From Lytechinus pictus (Eukaryota): a stretch of 64,000 nt of DNA. The position numbers and the translations under genes are program-made. The notes beneath the pieces were generated by a model that was given only the letters and a program-made list of their open reading frames with translations, searched no databases and had not been told where the DNA came from. The stretch lies in assembly GCF_037042905.1 (NCBI RefSeq), contig NC_087251.1:40302001-40366000 (forward strand), given 5' to 3'. Positions 49,500-61,574 of the stretch are shown here, in pieces; positions within the stretch are counted from its first letter, which is position 1; each line of letters starts with the position of its first letter.

Positions 49500-52122
49500 C
49501 TGTTGAATCAAATGCAGAAAAAATATTCTTCATGACATGAATCAGAAAAATATACAGCTAAAGTAATGTACAATATTGGAATAATGTGAGAGTCTGGAGG
49601 TGTAGAAAATAGATCTCGTGAAAATAAAGCCAGTAACGAACTCAAAATATGAAAATAGAAAGTATTGGATGATGAAATGAATCGTTGATTGCACTGTTTG
49701 TCTGGTTTTCCTTCCCCTTTCCTTTCGAGGCCTGTTTCAATTTCAAGCTCTAAGCTTAAGATGGAGGTCTCCCACATTCCAAAATGTATTATGTTGATAT
49801 GTATATTTTTTTCTGCTATTTGTTTTAATAATATAGAAAAAAAGAGAAATTCATTAGGTATAGATATATTTCAAGTAGATTGTTAGAATGTACGTATGCA
49901 TATGTTATTCTTTATGTCATTTGCTTCTAGGTTATATGCTGAGAAAAGATGATTGTTATTAGAATGTGGAAATAAATAAATCAAATCAAATTTACAGAAT
50001 CACATATCATTCTATATGTAAATGATTTGGTTTCATTAGTAAGTTACATGTAAACACAAAAGTTGTATGATTCACTTACCATAACAAGCAATTCTCTGTT
50101 TTTCATATCATTCTTCCACTCTGGTACATATCTTCTTGGGATTACAGGATGTAACTTTGAAAATCTAGGAATGCTGGTAGAAAATGAAAATGGAAAGAAA
50201 ATATTTAATACAATTTCAGTTTGCGTAGTATTTGAAATAAAAAATATAAGTCAATATCAACTTAGCTGGTTCTCACTGCTCTTCCTCAGCATGTCCATGA
50301 AAGCAGAATTGTCTTGTACTGTATTGTCAGAGCTTTGAGCTTTCTGAAAGTAACAAACTGCACCTTAACAATAACAGCTCGTTATTTATTACTTAGTCAA
50401 TCCTGCCTGGTTCTACTGTTTATCAGTTTACTCAAGTCAAGGACCATCATCACTCATATGGAACATTTAATTACCATGCATAGGAATCTCTTGTATAGTT
50501 GGACTCAAATTTAGCCCTTGGTTTATGAAGATTGAAGATGTAATTAAACCTTAAATTGTTTAGCTTAAAACTGCGATAAGTACAACTGCAGTCTCAAACT
50601 TGCAAAACCATTCAATAGAACATTTTAAAATGTTTAAAAGGTCCTAACAGATGGAATTCATCTGTCTAATTAACAGTTAGTGTACTGTTTCATGCAGCCC
50701 ACTCACTGACTGAATATCACCCAAGTTAGCTTTTTTTTTAATTTGACATTTTATTATAATTTCTATTGTCAATTTATAATAGCTGTAGAATTTGTGTGCG
50801 CTACCTGTATTACGTTAGAATTATAATTTCTATATCATGCACCTAGCCTATAATCTAGGCGGAGACTGCAGCTGTCTTTGCTGTTATACTGAACGCAAGC
50901 GATACGTCTGATGTGGCAGACTACAATCTGCGAAGCAGTCACCACCTATACACTCCCGTTTTGCTTTGGATGTTTTTTATTATCGACAATGAAATGACGC
51001 CAGTTTTTCGTACGTTGGAAAGAAGAAGGTAAGTCATGAGACATGACATCACTTTTCATCCAAAATGGAGAGTATGAAAACACGCAACTTGTGTGACGCA
51101 AGAAACTTTGGATTATGCTGCCGATAAACTCGGCATTCCTAAAAATATAATTTACAATTCCAAGACCTTCAAGAATCTGCCATTTGTAGCTTTATTGACG
51201 ACGGGAGGGATATATTTGTTGATGTTGCTTTTTTACACTAACAGTAACAATATGGAAAAGCCCAATCTAAATACCAGCCAATCGATATCAATTATCATTT
51301 CAAAGACAAAGACAAAGTTGTTGCAGACAAAATTGCCTTAGCTTTGTTCGTGAAATGGAAATTGCTGATTTGTCACCAATCTTCCTATCTCGGAAGAATG
51401 GTCCTAGGGACGTTCCTACGTAAAACTAAAAAAGTAACTATCGCTCATCTCGATGGTCATGAATTTTGAAACAGGCCCCTGGTCCATTGAGCGCCTGTCC
51501 GCGCCAAGCGCCAGCCCGCGCCCGGGATCCGCCGGCCAGCAATGGCATGGCATGGCGGCATAGCCAGACTCCAGAGCAGAGCCAGAGGCTTTTGGCACAT
51601 CTGGACGTCCAGATCCAGCGCGCAACGCCAAATTTCAAAATAAATAATACGGTACCTCTGATAGCTTGTTCCATCCTGCTTCTTTTCTGCCATGACAATG
51701 TGATTTCTAAAATTTATTTTAACCCCGACGGCTGTGTTAATTTCAAAGACTGTTTTGGGTCGTGCAGCGTGGCTGGCATGAACGTTACGATTGTAAACAA
51801 ACTAAACGCGGCGCCCGCGACGTACGTTGTCATGGATGAGGTCAAAGTTCATCGATAGGTGCGTGCGCGTACGTCTCCTCAAAGATACTACAAGGGGAAG
51901 ATCGGACACTTCGGCAATTTTTTGAAACGCTCGATTTTCTTCATGAGGAAGGGCGCCAAAGCCCTGTGTACGAGAGGCTTAGGGTTAGTTTTTTTAGATA
52001 ACCGTTACAGAGTGGACAAAAGCATACTTTTGGGTACACAGTTTCCTTATGAACCAACTTTCTATTTCAGAAGGTGAGCCACCCCAACCAGCTGTACCAG
52101 GTTCGTCCTCACCTGTTGCCAT
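49266..52122 (-). CDS. TEX43: TEX43/SPMIP10 (C5orf48)-like axonemal microtubule inner protein, 3 coding exons, 140 aa
   Basis: Exons 52122-52028, 50173-50080 and 49499-49266 splice in phase: MATGEDEPG...CTQN IPRFSKLHPVIPRRYVPEWKNDMKNR...GPHDESLFLDKRERM...SKYQSS. This resembles recalled human TEX43 motifs LPRFS..GMIPRRYVMPWKENM..R, GPLEDSLFL...ERL and SRYQS. Confidence 0.82.
50080..50173 (-). CDS. TEX43: TEX43-like exon 2
   Basis: ttttctaccag acceptor and GTAAGT donor; encodes IPRRYVPEWK. Confidence 0.88.
52028..52122 (-). CDS. TEX43: TEX43-like first coding exon
   Basis: ATG at 52122; open frame to the AA|GTATGC donor, phase 2, matching exon 2. Confidence 0.65.
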
Positions 52123-53627
52123 GGCAACGGATTATAACTTATCTTCCCCTGTATATGGTAAAATAAACATGGTATTGATTACCTAACTTATTGATTTAAA
52201 GTTTCAATTCTAGATGCAAATGAAATTTACAAATATTTAAGCTCATCAAAATAGTTATAATAATTATGTCCGTTGCCATATGGTAACGGCTTATTTTCAA
52301 CCCAGAAAAAAAATGCGAATTTTTCATTTAAAAAACATGTAGAATCTGACTTTTCTTTCATTTATCAAAACTTTAGGGTGTTTAACATAAAGTTTTTGTT
52401 GCAAAATGCGTAAATACCATATTAAGCCGTCGCTATGCAACAAAATAACATCTGCAAAAAATGACGTAATCTGCAGGTTAATGGCCCTTATATTTAATTT
52501 GGAAAACATAATTATTACAGTAACTGTTTATTAGAATTACATTGGTGTTGCCTTGGTACTATAGAATTCAATAACAAAATGTTGCATATGTCCTGTTCAG
52601 TGGCGTAGCTAAGATTTTTTCCGGGGGGGGGGGGCACTGGGGGGTCCTTGCTTTTTTCGATCAGTGTGTGTATGTGTCAAAAGGGCGGATCCGACTTTCG
52701 CCAATAGGGGACAGGGCCCGAAATTATCTTCACCTATATTTTCCCTGATCAGTCACTTCTTAACTTAATTATTATATAAAACAACATAAATATTAAAAAA
52801 TATAATGAAAGCTCGATGTCCGAGCTGAATTGTATATTGACTTCAAAACTTGATATTTTAAGCTCCTTATCAGCCTATTGAGCAAGATATAAATATCATC
52901 GAACAGATTATTCTGGCGCGAAGCGTAAGCGAAAATCTTATGAAAGATTTGGGTTTTTTTTGCTAGTCTTCCCCTCACATTATTTTATTCACTCGTCTTC
53001 CTCCTCTTCTTTTTTTCCTTCTGTCTTTCTCCTTCTTTTCCTTTTTTTTGGCTCCGCCATTTTTATCAGGAGGGGGGCAAACCAAATCTCAGGGGGCACG
53101 TGCCCCCAGGCCCCCACCCCACTGGTCCTGTTGCCTAGTAACTGCTAATTATCCGCAGAAAAGTACAAACTTTGATTTAAAAAAAAAACATGTAGTATCA
53201 CATTTTTCTTTAATTTCCCCTATATTTTAGGGTGCACATGCAGTTACGGTTGCTAAATGTATAAATACCAATTAGGCTTAGGCTTTGTCATGGCAACCAA
53301 ATAACATGGTAAACAAGATAATGGTGGAAAATACCATAAAATGACCTTGAATACATGTATATATTATGCATAAGGTTTGACCCAGTCATTTCATTTTGAA
53401 AACAAATTACAGTAAAAATTAGTTAAGTAAAATGGTAAATATTGATGTTGTCTTGGTGACGCTGATAAATGATAATGTTGCAAATGAACCGTTGCCATGA
53501 CAAAGGCATTTCCCCCAGAAACTGAATGCAAATTTTGACAAAAGTATGTAGAATATTATTTTTTTTTCATTTCCTTTTATTTGAGGGTGACGAACATGAA
53601 TATGCTTGTTGCTATTGCCATGGCAAC
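52115..53627. promoter_or_regulatory. Cluster of RFX X-box-like motifs at the 5' end of the TEX43-like gene
   Basis: GTTGCCATGGCAAC 52115-52128, GTTGCCATATGGTAAC 52272-52287, GTTGCCTTGGTACT 52547, GTTGCCTAGTAAC 53130-53142, TTTGTCATGGCAAC 53284, GTTGCCATGACAAA 53491, ATTGCCATGGCAAC 53614. Confidence 0.65.
52598..53124. mobile_element. hAT-type MITE
   Basis: CAGTGG...CCACTG ends; 8-bp TSD GTCCTGTT at 52590-52597 and 53125-53132. Confidence 0.8.
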
Positions 53628-54631
53628 CAGATATGACCCGTTTGCTCAAACCCTTGGGTGTTTTTTTTATGTTTGTAGGTAAAAAAGTGGAGGATCGAGG
53701 ATCGTCCAAAGGGCCGGGGGTGGACACAAAGCAACCAACCTTTGTTAAATATGTTATGCCAAGCCAAAACCATTTAAAACACCCACACTGCCCACTTTCT
53801 TATACATCTATTCACCCAGTGACGACTTTAAAAAATACATATTGCTATTGTATCTTTTAATGAAAAAGCCCCCCCCCCCCTCACCCGCTCCATTTTTTTT
53901 TGGGGGGGTCACATTTTTATCCAGGCGCCCCCTCCACCATGGATCTGCCAGGGTAAAGATGTGAGTATATAGACATGATGTGACTACAATAATATGACTA
54001 GCTCGTCGACAGCTTTTGAAAAATAACTAGAAATAGGCGCTAACTGGGCCCCTGGCCGGGGGCAAAATAATGAAGTTAATTGAGCTTGTTAGGGACCGCC
54101 CCCCCCCCCTCAGCTGCCATGATAGATTATCCTTCAACTATGGGCTGTGTATTTAATTGTATATGAGCGAAAGACTACCCATGGGGATGGGAAAGGGTTG
54201 GGGGCGATGCCCGATCGTTGCATTAATATTGTGCAAATATTTATGTCCATCAGTTCCATAAAGCATGTAATGTAAATTGATTCAAATTTGATAAGTTTGT
54301 AACGCCCCCCCCCCCAAAAAAAAAAAAAAATCCTTATAAAATCATAAATGAATATATTTCAGATGTTTCTTGGAAATGAAAAAATTGAATTATCCCCTTT
54401 TGCCGCCCCTTTACCCCCTCCATCATTTCCCCATATGTCTTGTACACAGCAGCGTGCCGACTTGCGCAAGTTTACTTACTCAACGCTGTAGGACGCCCTT
54501 CCCCATGAACGAAATTCGGCGTTTCATTACGAGCCATTGAGTGTCCGATCTTCCCATGATACGTCTTTAGCTAGCTCTGCCGCGCGCTCCTTGTACCCAC
54601 TGAACTGGAAATACGTATCTTTGGCAATATG

Positions 54632-54955
54632 GGGCCGATTGCACGAAGCGTCTTCGCAAGGACCGTCTTTCGTGTCGCCAATTTCTTATGATGCGCCATG
54701 TGAAACGCATTTCAAATAAATTATCTGCAAACATATTTTATTCTTCATTTATAATAATAAAAATATTTGTTTATAAAATGATGTGATATCTCATGAAATT
54801 GTATGAAATTTGATTTAAAAGCAAGCTAACGAATTTTATTTTTTAAATCATAAATTTCAGAAACACCCCGCTTATACTAAGTTATACTAGCGCATCATAA
54901 AAGATGGGCGACACGAAGGACGGTCCTTTGAAAGACCCTTTCGTGCAATCGGCCC
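54632..54955. mobile_element. PIF/Harbinger-type MITE
   Basis: Imperfect ~65-bp TIRs starting GGGCCGATTGCACGAA; 3-bp TSD ATG on both sides. Confidence 0.8.
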
Positions 54956-55022
54956 ATGGCTGCTGAGCTAGCTATATCTAAATTGCTGCACGATCGAGCT
55001 TACTTCAGAAAAGAAGACGGAG
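54956..55022 (+). other. Candidate non-coding first exon of MRPS12
   Basis: GAG|GTAAAC donor at 55023 in a CpG-richer zone; the MRPS12 ATG exon has an acceptor (tttaatag, 61558) 16 nt upstream of the ATG, which implies an upstream exon. Confidence 0.4.
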
Positions 55023-55521
55023 GTAAACAATTTTTCGTTCTTTTCCTTTATAATTTGGCGAGACTTAACGTACATAATCTGTCTGTTTTAGATTTAAGTT
55101 AAACTTAAAGATTTACAACTACCCCGGTATATTTTGAGAGAATTTTACTGAAAATATGCCGTACCGGTATGTTCTTAATATAAATAACGATTAACATAAC
55201 GGTAACCTAACCCACGCTGCCCCGACCCGGGCCCGTTCGTATAACATACCTCGCAATACGTGTGAGTGGCCCCGGGCCAGGCCAGGCAGGGAGCTAGAGC
55301 TCCGGCCGGCGAAGCGGTCCGGAACCCAGGACTCGTCCGTGTAATTAGGCAGCGGGTACTCTCCAAAATGGGGTAGCACCCCAAAGGCCCAAATAAAAGG
55401 GGAAGAAATACATTATGCACTTACAGGTACTGGTACCGTACCTCGATTACGTACTGTACTACTGTCTGTACCGGTATATCATGGTCTTAATGAAGGTGTA
55501 TCGTGACAGAATCCTGACATC

Positions 55522-58500
55522 TATGGAAGCAGGAGACCGTCAAAAACACGGATATACGTCGTGTCGTAATGCAATTTACTACACGACGTAAATAATTACG
55601 TCGTGTAGCAATTCGAATTACTACACAACGTAAATAATTACGTAGCCGTAGTGTAGTAGCCTAATTCGAATTACTACACGACGCAATTCCGTATTACTGT
55701 CCAACGAATTAATGTCATGACGTTAAATGAATTAGTGTCGCTACATCAAATAATTAAGGTCGTGTAGTTATTCAAATTACTACACGACGTAAATAATTAC
55801 GTCGTGTAGTAATTCCAATTACTACACTACCTAAAGTAAAGAATTACGTTGTGTAGTAAATAATTACTACACGACGTAATTCCGAATTACTGCTCAACGA
55901 TTTAATGTCATGACGTTAAATGAATTAGTGTAGTGACGTTAAATCAACCAATGAGATCGTTCGTTATATGAGCGCAATGCTAAGAGCTGAGACTACAGAG
56001 TATTGTACCGGAACGTACCGGCAGGAAGTTAGTTGGATATTCAATATTCAAACTGTGAAGTTGGTTTGATATTTAGGTTCGATATTCAAACGCCTGTGAA
56101 ACCGGACCAATATTCGTTATTCAAATATTATGGGTTTTGAAAGCTAAGGGGTTTAACAGGTGCAGCACCTCTCGGGCAACCATAACAACTCTGGCTTGCC
56201 AAAGTACGAGGACATTTAGGGGACAAACGTCAGTGAATAAAAGGGCATGAAATTTTTATTTTTTGATTTTATTTTCGAGGGGCCCCCTGGGATATCCCGA
56301 CGGCCTAGCCGGGGTAACCACGTATCCTAACTTGTAGAACTCGACTCGGGCAACCATATAAACACTAGCTTGACCCGGTGCATGCACATTTAGGGGGCTC
56401 AAATTAACAAAATTAAAGGAATAAAGGGCTATTTATCGCATTTTGTTTATTTAAAAAAAATGTCAATGGCCCCCCAGGAATATCCCGACGGCCTAGCCGG
56501 GGTAACCACGTATCTTAGCTTGTAGAACTTGAATCGATTACCCGGCGCATGCACATTAATAGGGGGCTAAAATTAACAGAATTAACGGCATATTTCAAGC
56601 ATGGTGAACCACGGTTCTGATATTCCTTGGTGCCGCCAGTGGGTAGAGTAAAAAAACAAGGAAAGAGAGAATACATAATAGGAGAGAGAGAAGCGAAAGG
56701 GAGAGATTGGAAAGAAAAAGGAGGGGGAACGGGAGAGAAAGAGAAGGGAGAACGGAGGGGTCATATCATTGTATGAACAGGATGTTTTATGATTGTGCCC
56801 CGAGCATTAGGGCGAAGCTCAATGCGTGATAAGAACAAAAAGAGGGGACACACAATGGCGCATGCAGCAAAAATTTGCTTAATAATAAGTCTCGAGCCAA
56901 CGAGAAAAAAAATCACCTTTAACTTAGTGACCAAAATTGTTAGGAGCTAAATGCCAACGGTGAATGGATGAGAAAATTTTCAAAATTTAAAGAACAAAAA
57001 ACAGTTTTGGAGAATTATGACAACGTTTACTATACTTTTTTTTTCTCAAAATTTTGGGGGCGGGGGGCAACTCACTGGGGCCTCCTCCTTTGGTGCCGCC
57101 ACTGGTCTGGGGCGGAGCCCCCGGAACCTCTTGACATTTTTAAACATTGCAGATGACAATTTTTCTATCGCACGGGTAAATACACCTCATATTATTTTAA
57201 GTTCAACGCAGTTGCGGATCGATAATAAACGAAATATGTTGCATGAGGCAGCACAACATAGCAAATGCAGAAAAATTTGTAAAGGTCGCCAGCGAGCGAA
57301 GCGAGCCAGAAAATTTCGGCCTTTTAAAATGATTTTGAAATTGAATTCTAATTACGTTATAGTCGCTTTGGAAATTTAGCCAATCAATCAATAGCTTTGA
57401 AATTACTGACGCGATATCGTCTAAAAGAGACATTTTAGTTCATGAAACGTTTATTTTTTAGGGGTATAACTCCTTGTTGATTAATTGAATTGAAGGCTAC
57501 ACATGCAAAAGAAAATGTCTCCTGAGAATCATTCGAAGATTAGAGGAGCTTTATACTCATATTTTATATTTTGACAATACGTTTTCTATCAATATACGCC
57601 CCCATCTTTTTTCCAAGAAATGACGATCTACAATAACAGACGGCTAAGGATATTCATTCGACCCAACCCATTCTCATTTTTTTGTGTAAGCTGATTACAA
57701 ATAGAGTATGTATATTAATGATAAGATTGATTTTAGAAACAAAGAATGGGCAACCACTGAACATATTTTGTGCGAATAAAAGAAAAATACATGTATCACT
57801 CAGCTTTCGGAACTAATTTAGTGGCGGACAAATTAGGACTGAGTATAATAGATGAATAAGATCTGCTCATGAGATGCTTTACCGAGTTGCCCCCTAAATG
57901 TGCATGCGCCGGGTCAAGCTAGTGTTTATCTGGTTGCCCGAGTCGAGTTCCGGGGTCGAGTTCTACAAGTTAGGATACGTGGTTACCCCGGCTATGCCGT
58001 CGGGATATTCCTGGGAGCCCCTTGACATTTTTTTTAAAATAAACAAAATGCGATAAATAGCCCTTTATTCCTTTAATTTTGTTAATTTGAGCCCCCTAAA
58101 TGTGCATGCACCGGGTCAAGCTAGTGTTTATATGGTTGCCCGAGTCGAGTTCTACAAGTTAGGATACGTGGTTACCCCGGCTAGGCCGTCGGGATATCCC
58201 AGGGGGCCCCTCGAAAATAAAATCAAAAAATAAAAATTTCATGCCCTTTTATTCACTGACGTTTGTCCCCTAAATGTCCTCGTACTTGGGCAAGCCAGTG
58301 TTGTTATGGTTGCCCGAGAGGTGCTGCACCTGTTAAACCCCTTAGCTTTCAAAACCCATAATATTTGAATAACGAATATTGGTCCGGTTTCACAGGCGTT
58401 TGAATATCGAACCTAAATATCAAACCAACTTCACAGTTTGAATATCGAACATCCAACTAACTTCCTGCTGGTACGTTCCGGTACAATACTCTGTAGTCTC

Positions 58501-58951
58501 AGCTCTTCGCATTGCGCTCATATAACGAACGATCTCATTGGTTGATTTAACGTCACTACACTAATTCATTTAACGTCATGACGTTAAATCGTTGAGCAGT
58601 AATCCGGAATTACGTCATGTAGTAATTATTTACTACACGACGTAATTCTTTAGGTAGTGTAGTAATTGGAATTACTACACGACGTAATTATTTACGTCGT
58701 GTAGTTATTCGAATTGCTACACGACCTCAATTATTTAATGTAGCGACACTAATTCATTTAACGTCATGACATTAAATCGTTGGGCAGAAATTCGGAATTG
58801 CGTCGTGTAGTAATTCGAATTACTACACAACGTAAATGATTATGTTGTGTGGTATTTCGAATTACCACACGACGTAATTATTTACGTCGTGTAGTAAATT
58901 GAATTACGACACGACGTATATCCGTGTTTTTGACGGTCTCCTGCTTCCATA
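55522..58951. mobile_element. Non-autonomous foldback DNA transposon, IS3EU-like, about 1.05-kb TIRs and a 6-bp TSD
   Basis: Ends TATGGAAGCAGGAGACCGTCAAAAACACGG and its exact reverse complement; GACATC at 55516-55521 and 58952-58957; arms about 55522-56575 and 57890-58951. Confidence 0.85.
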
Positions 58952-58957
58952 GACATC

Positions 58958-59157
58958 GAGGCACAAACTGGACCATCATTTATAAAATTAAAAAGGAAAA
59001 GTTCTGTCAGTGACTGACAGTGTCCTTGTCAGTCCATTCGTTCTACTTCTTTGTCTTTCAAAAGGGAAAAAAAAAAGTCAAAATGGCTAATCACTACCGA
59101 GAACAAACGCGACATGGAGGTCTAACTTTTTTTTTTGAGGGTCCAGTTTGTGCCTCA
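58958..59157. mobile_element. Small MITE with GAG..CTC ends (Sola-like)
   Basis: 17-bp perfect TIR GAGGCACAAACTGGACC; flanks CATC and AATC. Confidence 0.6.
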
Positions 59158-59214
59158 ATCAGGGAAATCAGGGAAAATTATTTTACTTTTTTTTTATAAG
59201 TCGAAAGCACGGTA

Positions 59215-59852
59215 CCGTATGGCGTTAGGCACTAAGGGCACTAGTATTCAACCCGTATGGAGAGCTCGAGAGTTTCCTCAAATATATAATATGGAATTTA
59301 CCTTAATTTCAGACCTGTCTTAACTCTTATTTCCAAGAGCAAATGCTTGTTATTCTTTTTGCGTTAATTTTTTCTTCAACCCGTCAACTGTGTGCGCGGG
59401 CGATCGAATTATACGGCGATGGTTTTGGCACTAATATTCAACCTGTTGGCACTAGTATTCAACCTAGCGATGAAAGATGGCCCTGTCTCTCAATCTGCCC
59501 TTGTCCCATCCGACTATGGACTAGACCATTTGAGATGAGACCAAACAAGGAATTCGTCAAAGCCAGAGACTTACATAGATCTAGATCTAGTTTAGCAATC
59601 TAAACCATTTTGAGATTCGCTATCTATCATCACTAGGTTGAATACTAGTGCAATTCAGTGCAAAAGGTCATCGCCACATAATTCGATTCTCCGCGCATAC
59701 CGTCGACAGATTGATAAAGAAAATACTGACAACAGATTACCCTGGAAATAAAAAAAGTTATGAAATTAAGATAAATTCCCTATTTCTAGATATTTGGGGA
59801 AATTTGTCCAAATCTTTGAATTATGCCGGGTTGAATACTAGTGCCCATACGG
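59215..59852. mobile_element. Tc1/mariner (pogo/Tigger-like) MITE
   Basis: TA-CCGTATGG...CCATACGG-TA; internal GCACTAGTATTCAACC repeats in both orientations. Confidence 0.7.
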
Positions 59853-60089
59853 TAGTCAGTCAGACTCTGTCTCTGTTATATTTTGTTGCATATCAAAACA
59901 ACATCCATTGAATGACTGGTTATGATGGTACTAATTAAAATAGTGTTACATTATTGTAATGTAACCAATTTTTATTCCAATCCCCAATCCGATTTTCCCC
60001 TTTTTTCTACATTTTTCCGAACTCCGATTTTTGACGAGTGGGAAAAAAATCGGATTAGAAAAACAAAACCTATGTTTGCCGTCAAAATG

Positions 60090-60541
60090 CGCTGATGATT
60101 TGTTTTGATCTCGGACAAAAGCGGTGGAAGGAAAAGAAGATAAAGGAGAAGAAAAGTATGATTTGTTTGATCTCCGATATTAGCGGAAAGGGAGGAGGAG
60201 GAGAAGATGATGATTTGTTTTCATCTCCGACGTAAGTGGAGGAAGAAGATGATGATGATTTGTTTTGTTCTCTGACATAATCGGGTAAGAAGAAAAACAA
60301 CAAGAAGATGATGATATGTTTTGATCTTAAGTGGAGGCAAATAGAATTTAGTTGTCGCTGACTATGCGTCCTCTAAGAGTTTAGGATTACCTCCGCCATC
60401 ACCACGATGTTGTAGAGAAGGTGAATATCATCATAAACAACTTCGGATGCATCATCATTATCTTCTTTTCCTTCCTCCGATTATGTCGGAGATCAAAACA
60501 AATCATCTTCTTCCTCCGCTTTTGTCGGAGATCAAAACAAA
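60090..60541. repeat. Degenerate ~45-bp repeats: about 5 forward, then 2 inverted
   Basis: ATGATTTGTTTTGATCTC.GAC...GCGGAGGAAGAAG forward at 60094-60335 and reversed at 60450-60541. Confidence 0.7.
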
Positions 60542-60843
60542 GTCTGTCATCAGTATAGCTTGCAGCATTTGTCCACGTGCCGGCCACCCACAGATATTAA
60601 TGTATTTTTTTGTTTTTGAATATCTGTCGATCCGATATCCGAACCGATTTTGATTCAAGGAGCCAAACTTCCGAACCGAACTCCGATCCCGTTAGTGCTC
60701 TAACTTACAATATTACCTCAGGTGATGGATCGTGTAAGCTCCACTTCACCTCATTACCACTACACGTTACACAAACTGTCAGGATCAATCCATCAATTGA
60801 CACATCGATTCACAAAGGTTGGATTATTTGAACACTGTTTCAC

Positions 60844-61070
60844 TCCATGTCCATGCTTCTAGTATCTGTATAAAAATCAGTGATTTGAAGCCCTTTATAA
60901 ATTTACAGCCAATTCGAAAAGTTCGCTTCCGCTATCCCAAGTATCGCCGTAGCCGCCGGCCACGCATTTTTGCGATTGTGATGTTTTTTAATCAGCAGTG
61001 AGTTTATAACATGTGAAGATATGGGCTTCAAATCACTGATTTTATACTGATATAGTAGCATGGACATGGA
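60844..61070. mobile_element. Small inverted-repeat element
   Basis: TCCATGTCCATGCT...ATAAAAATCAGTGATTTGAAGCCC is mirrored at 61023-61070. Confidence 0.55.
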
Positions 61071-61574
61071 ACAAAAAAAGGGCTGGTTTCTCAAAATGTT
61101 TTTTTCAAGGTACCATCTTTCATATTGCCAATTTATTGTAATATGCTGTATGAGATGACTTGTAATTCATTATTGCCCTAAACTATTCATAAAAAGAACA
61201 CTTTATGACATTTTGTAGATCTATAGATCTGTTGAAAATACATAATCTCAAAAGGGGTTTAAGAAAATCATGAATGACATGTAAAAAGGTTGATAAGATT
61301 TATACAAACTGATGTGTCCTACAGTGCCGCATTATATTAGCATAATGAAAGAGGGTGTTTGCCAAGGCTTTCTTTTGAAACTCGGTTCAGATTTCTATGT
61401 GAAAAGAAAAGGCTTCTAGGTTCAAGGAAACTAATTTAGCTATAGATCAGAGGCCATAGTTACTTTTTATTGTTCATTCTGCCATGCACTTATTAATTTT
61501 TTACTGAATCATCTTTGTTTGTTATCAATGTTTTGCATTTTTCATTTTGTTTTAATAGATCAGTCTTCACAATC

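Noticed and set aside
51416..52077. Overlapping ORFs in the GC-rich patch of TEX43-like intron 1
   Set aside because: They have no recognisable domain and are open on both strands because of GC content. The patch is probably a repeat fragment whose ends I could not define.
55555..55945. Short palindromic repeats that look CRISPR-like
   Set aside because: There are no unique spacers and no cas genes, the context is eukaryotic, and the block is mirrored at 58540-58920 as part of a TIR.
56580..57890. Transposase within the core of the foldback element
   Set aside because: Only short, low-complexity ORFs (120 aa or less) are present, with no DDE-like motifs.
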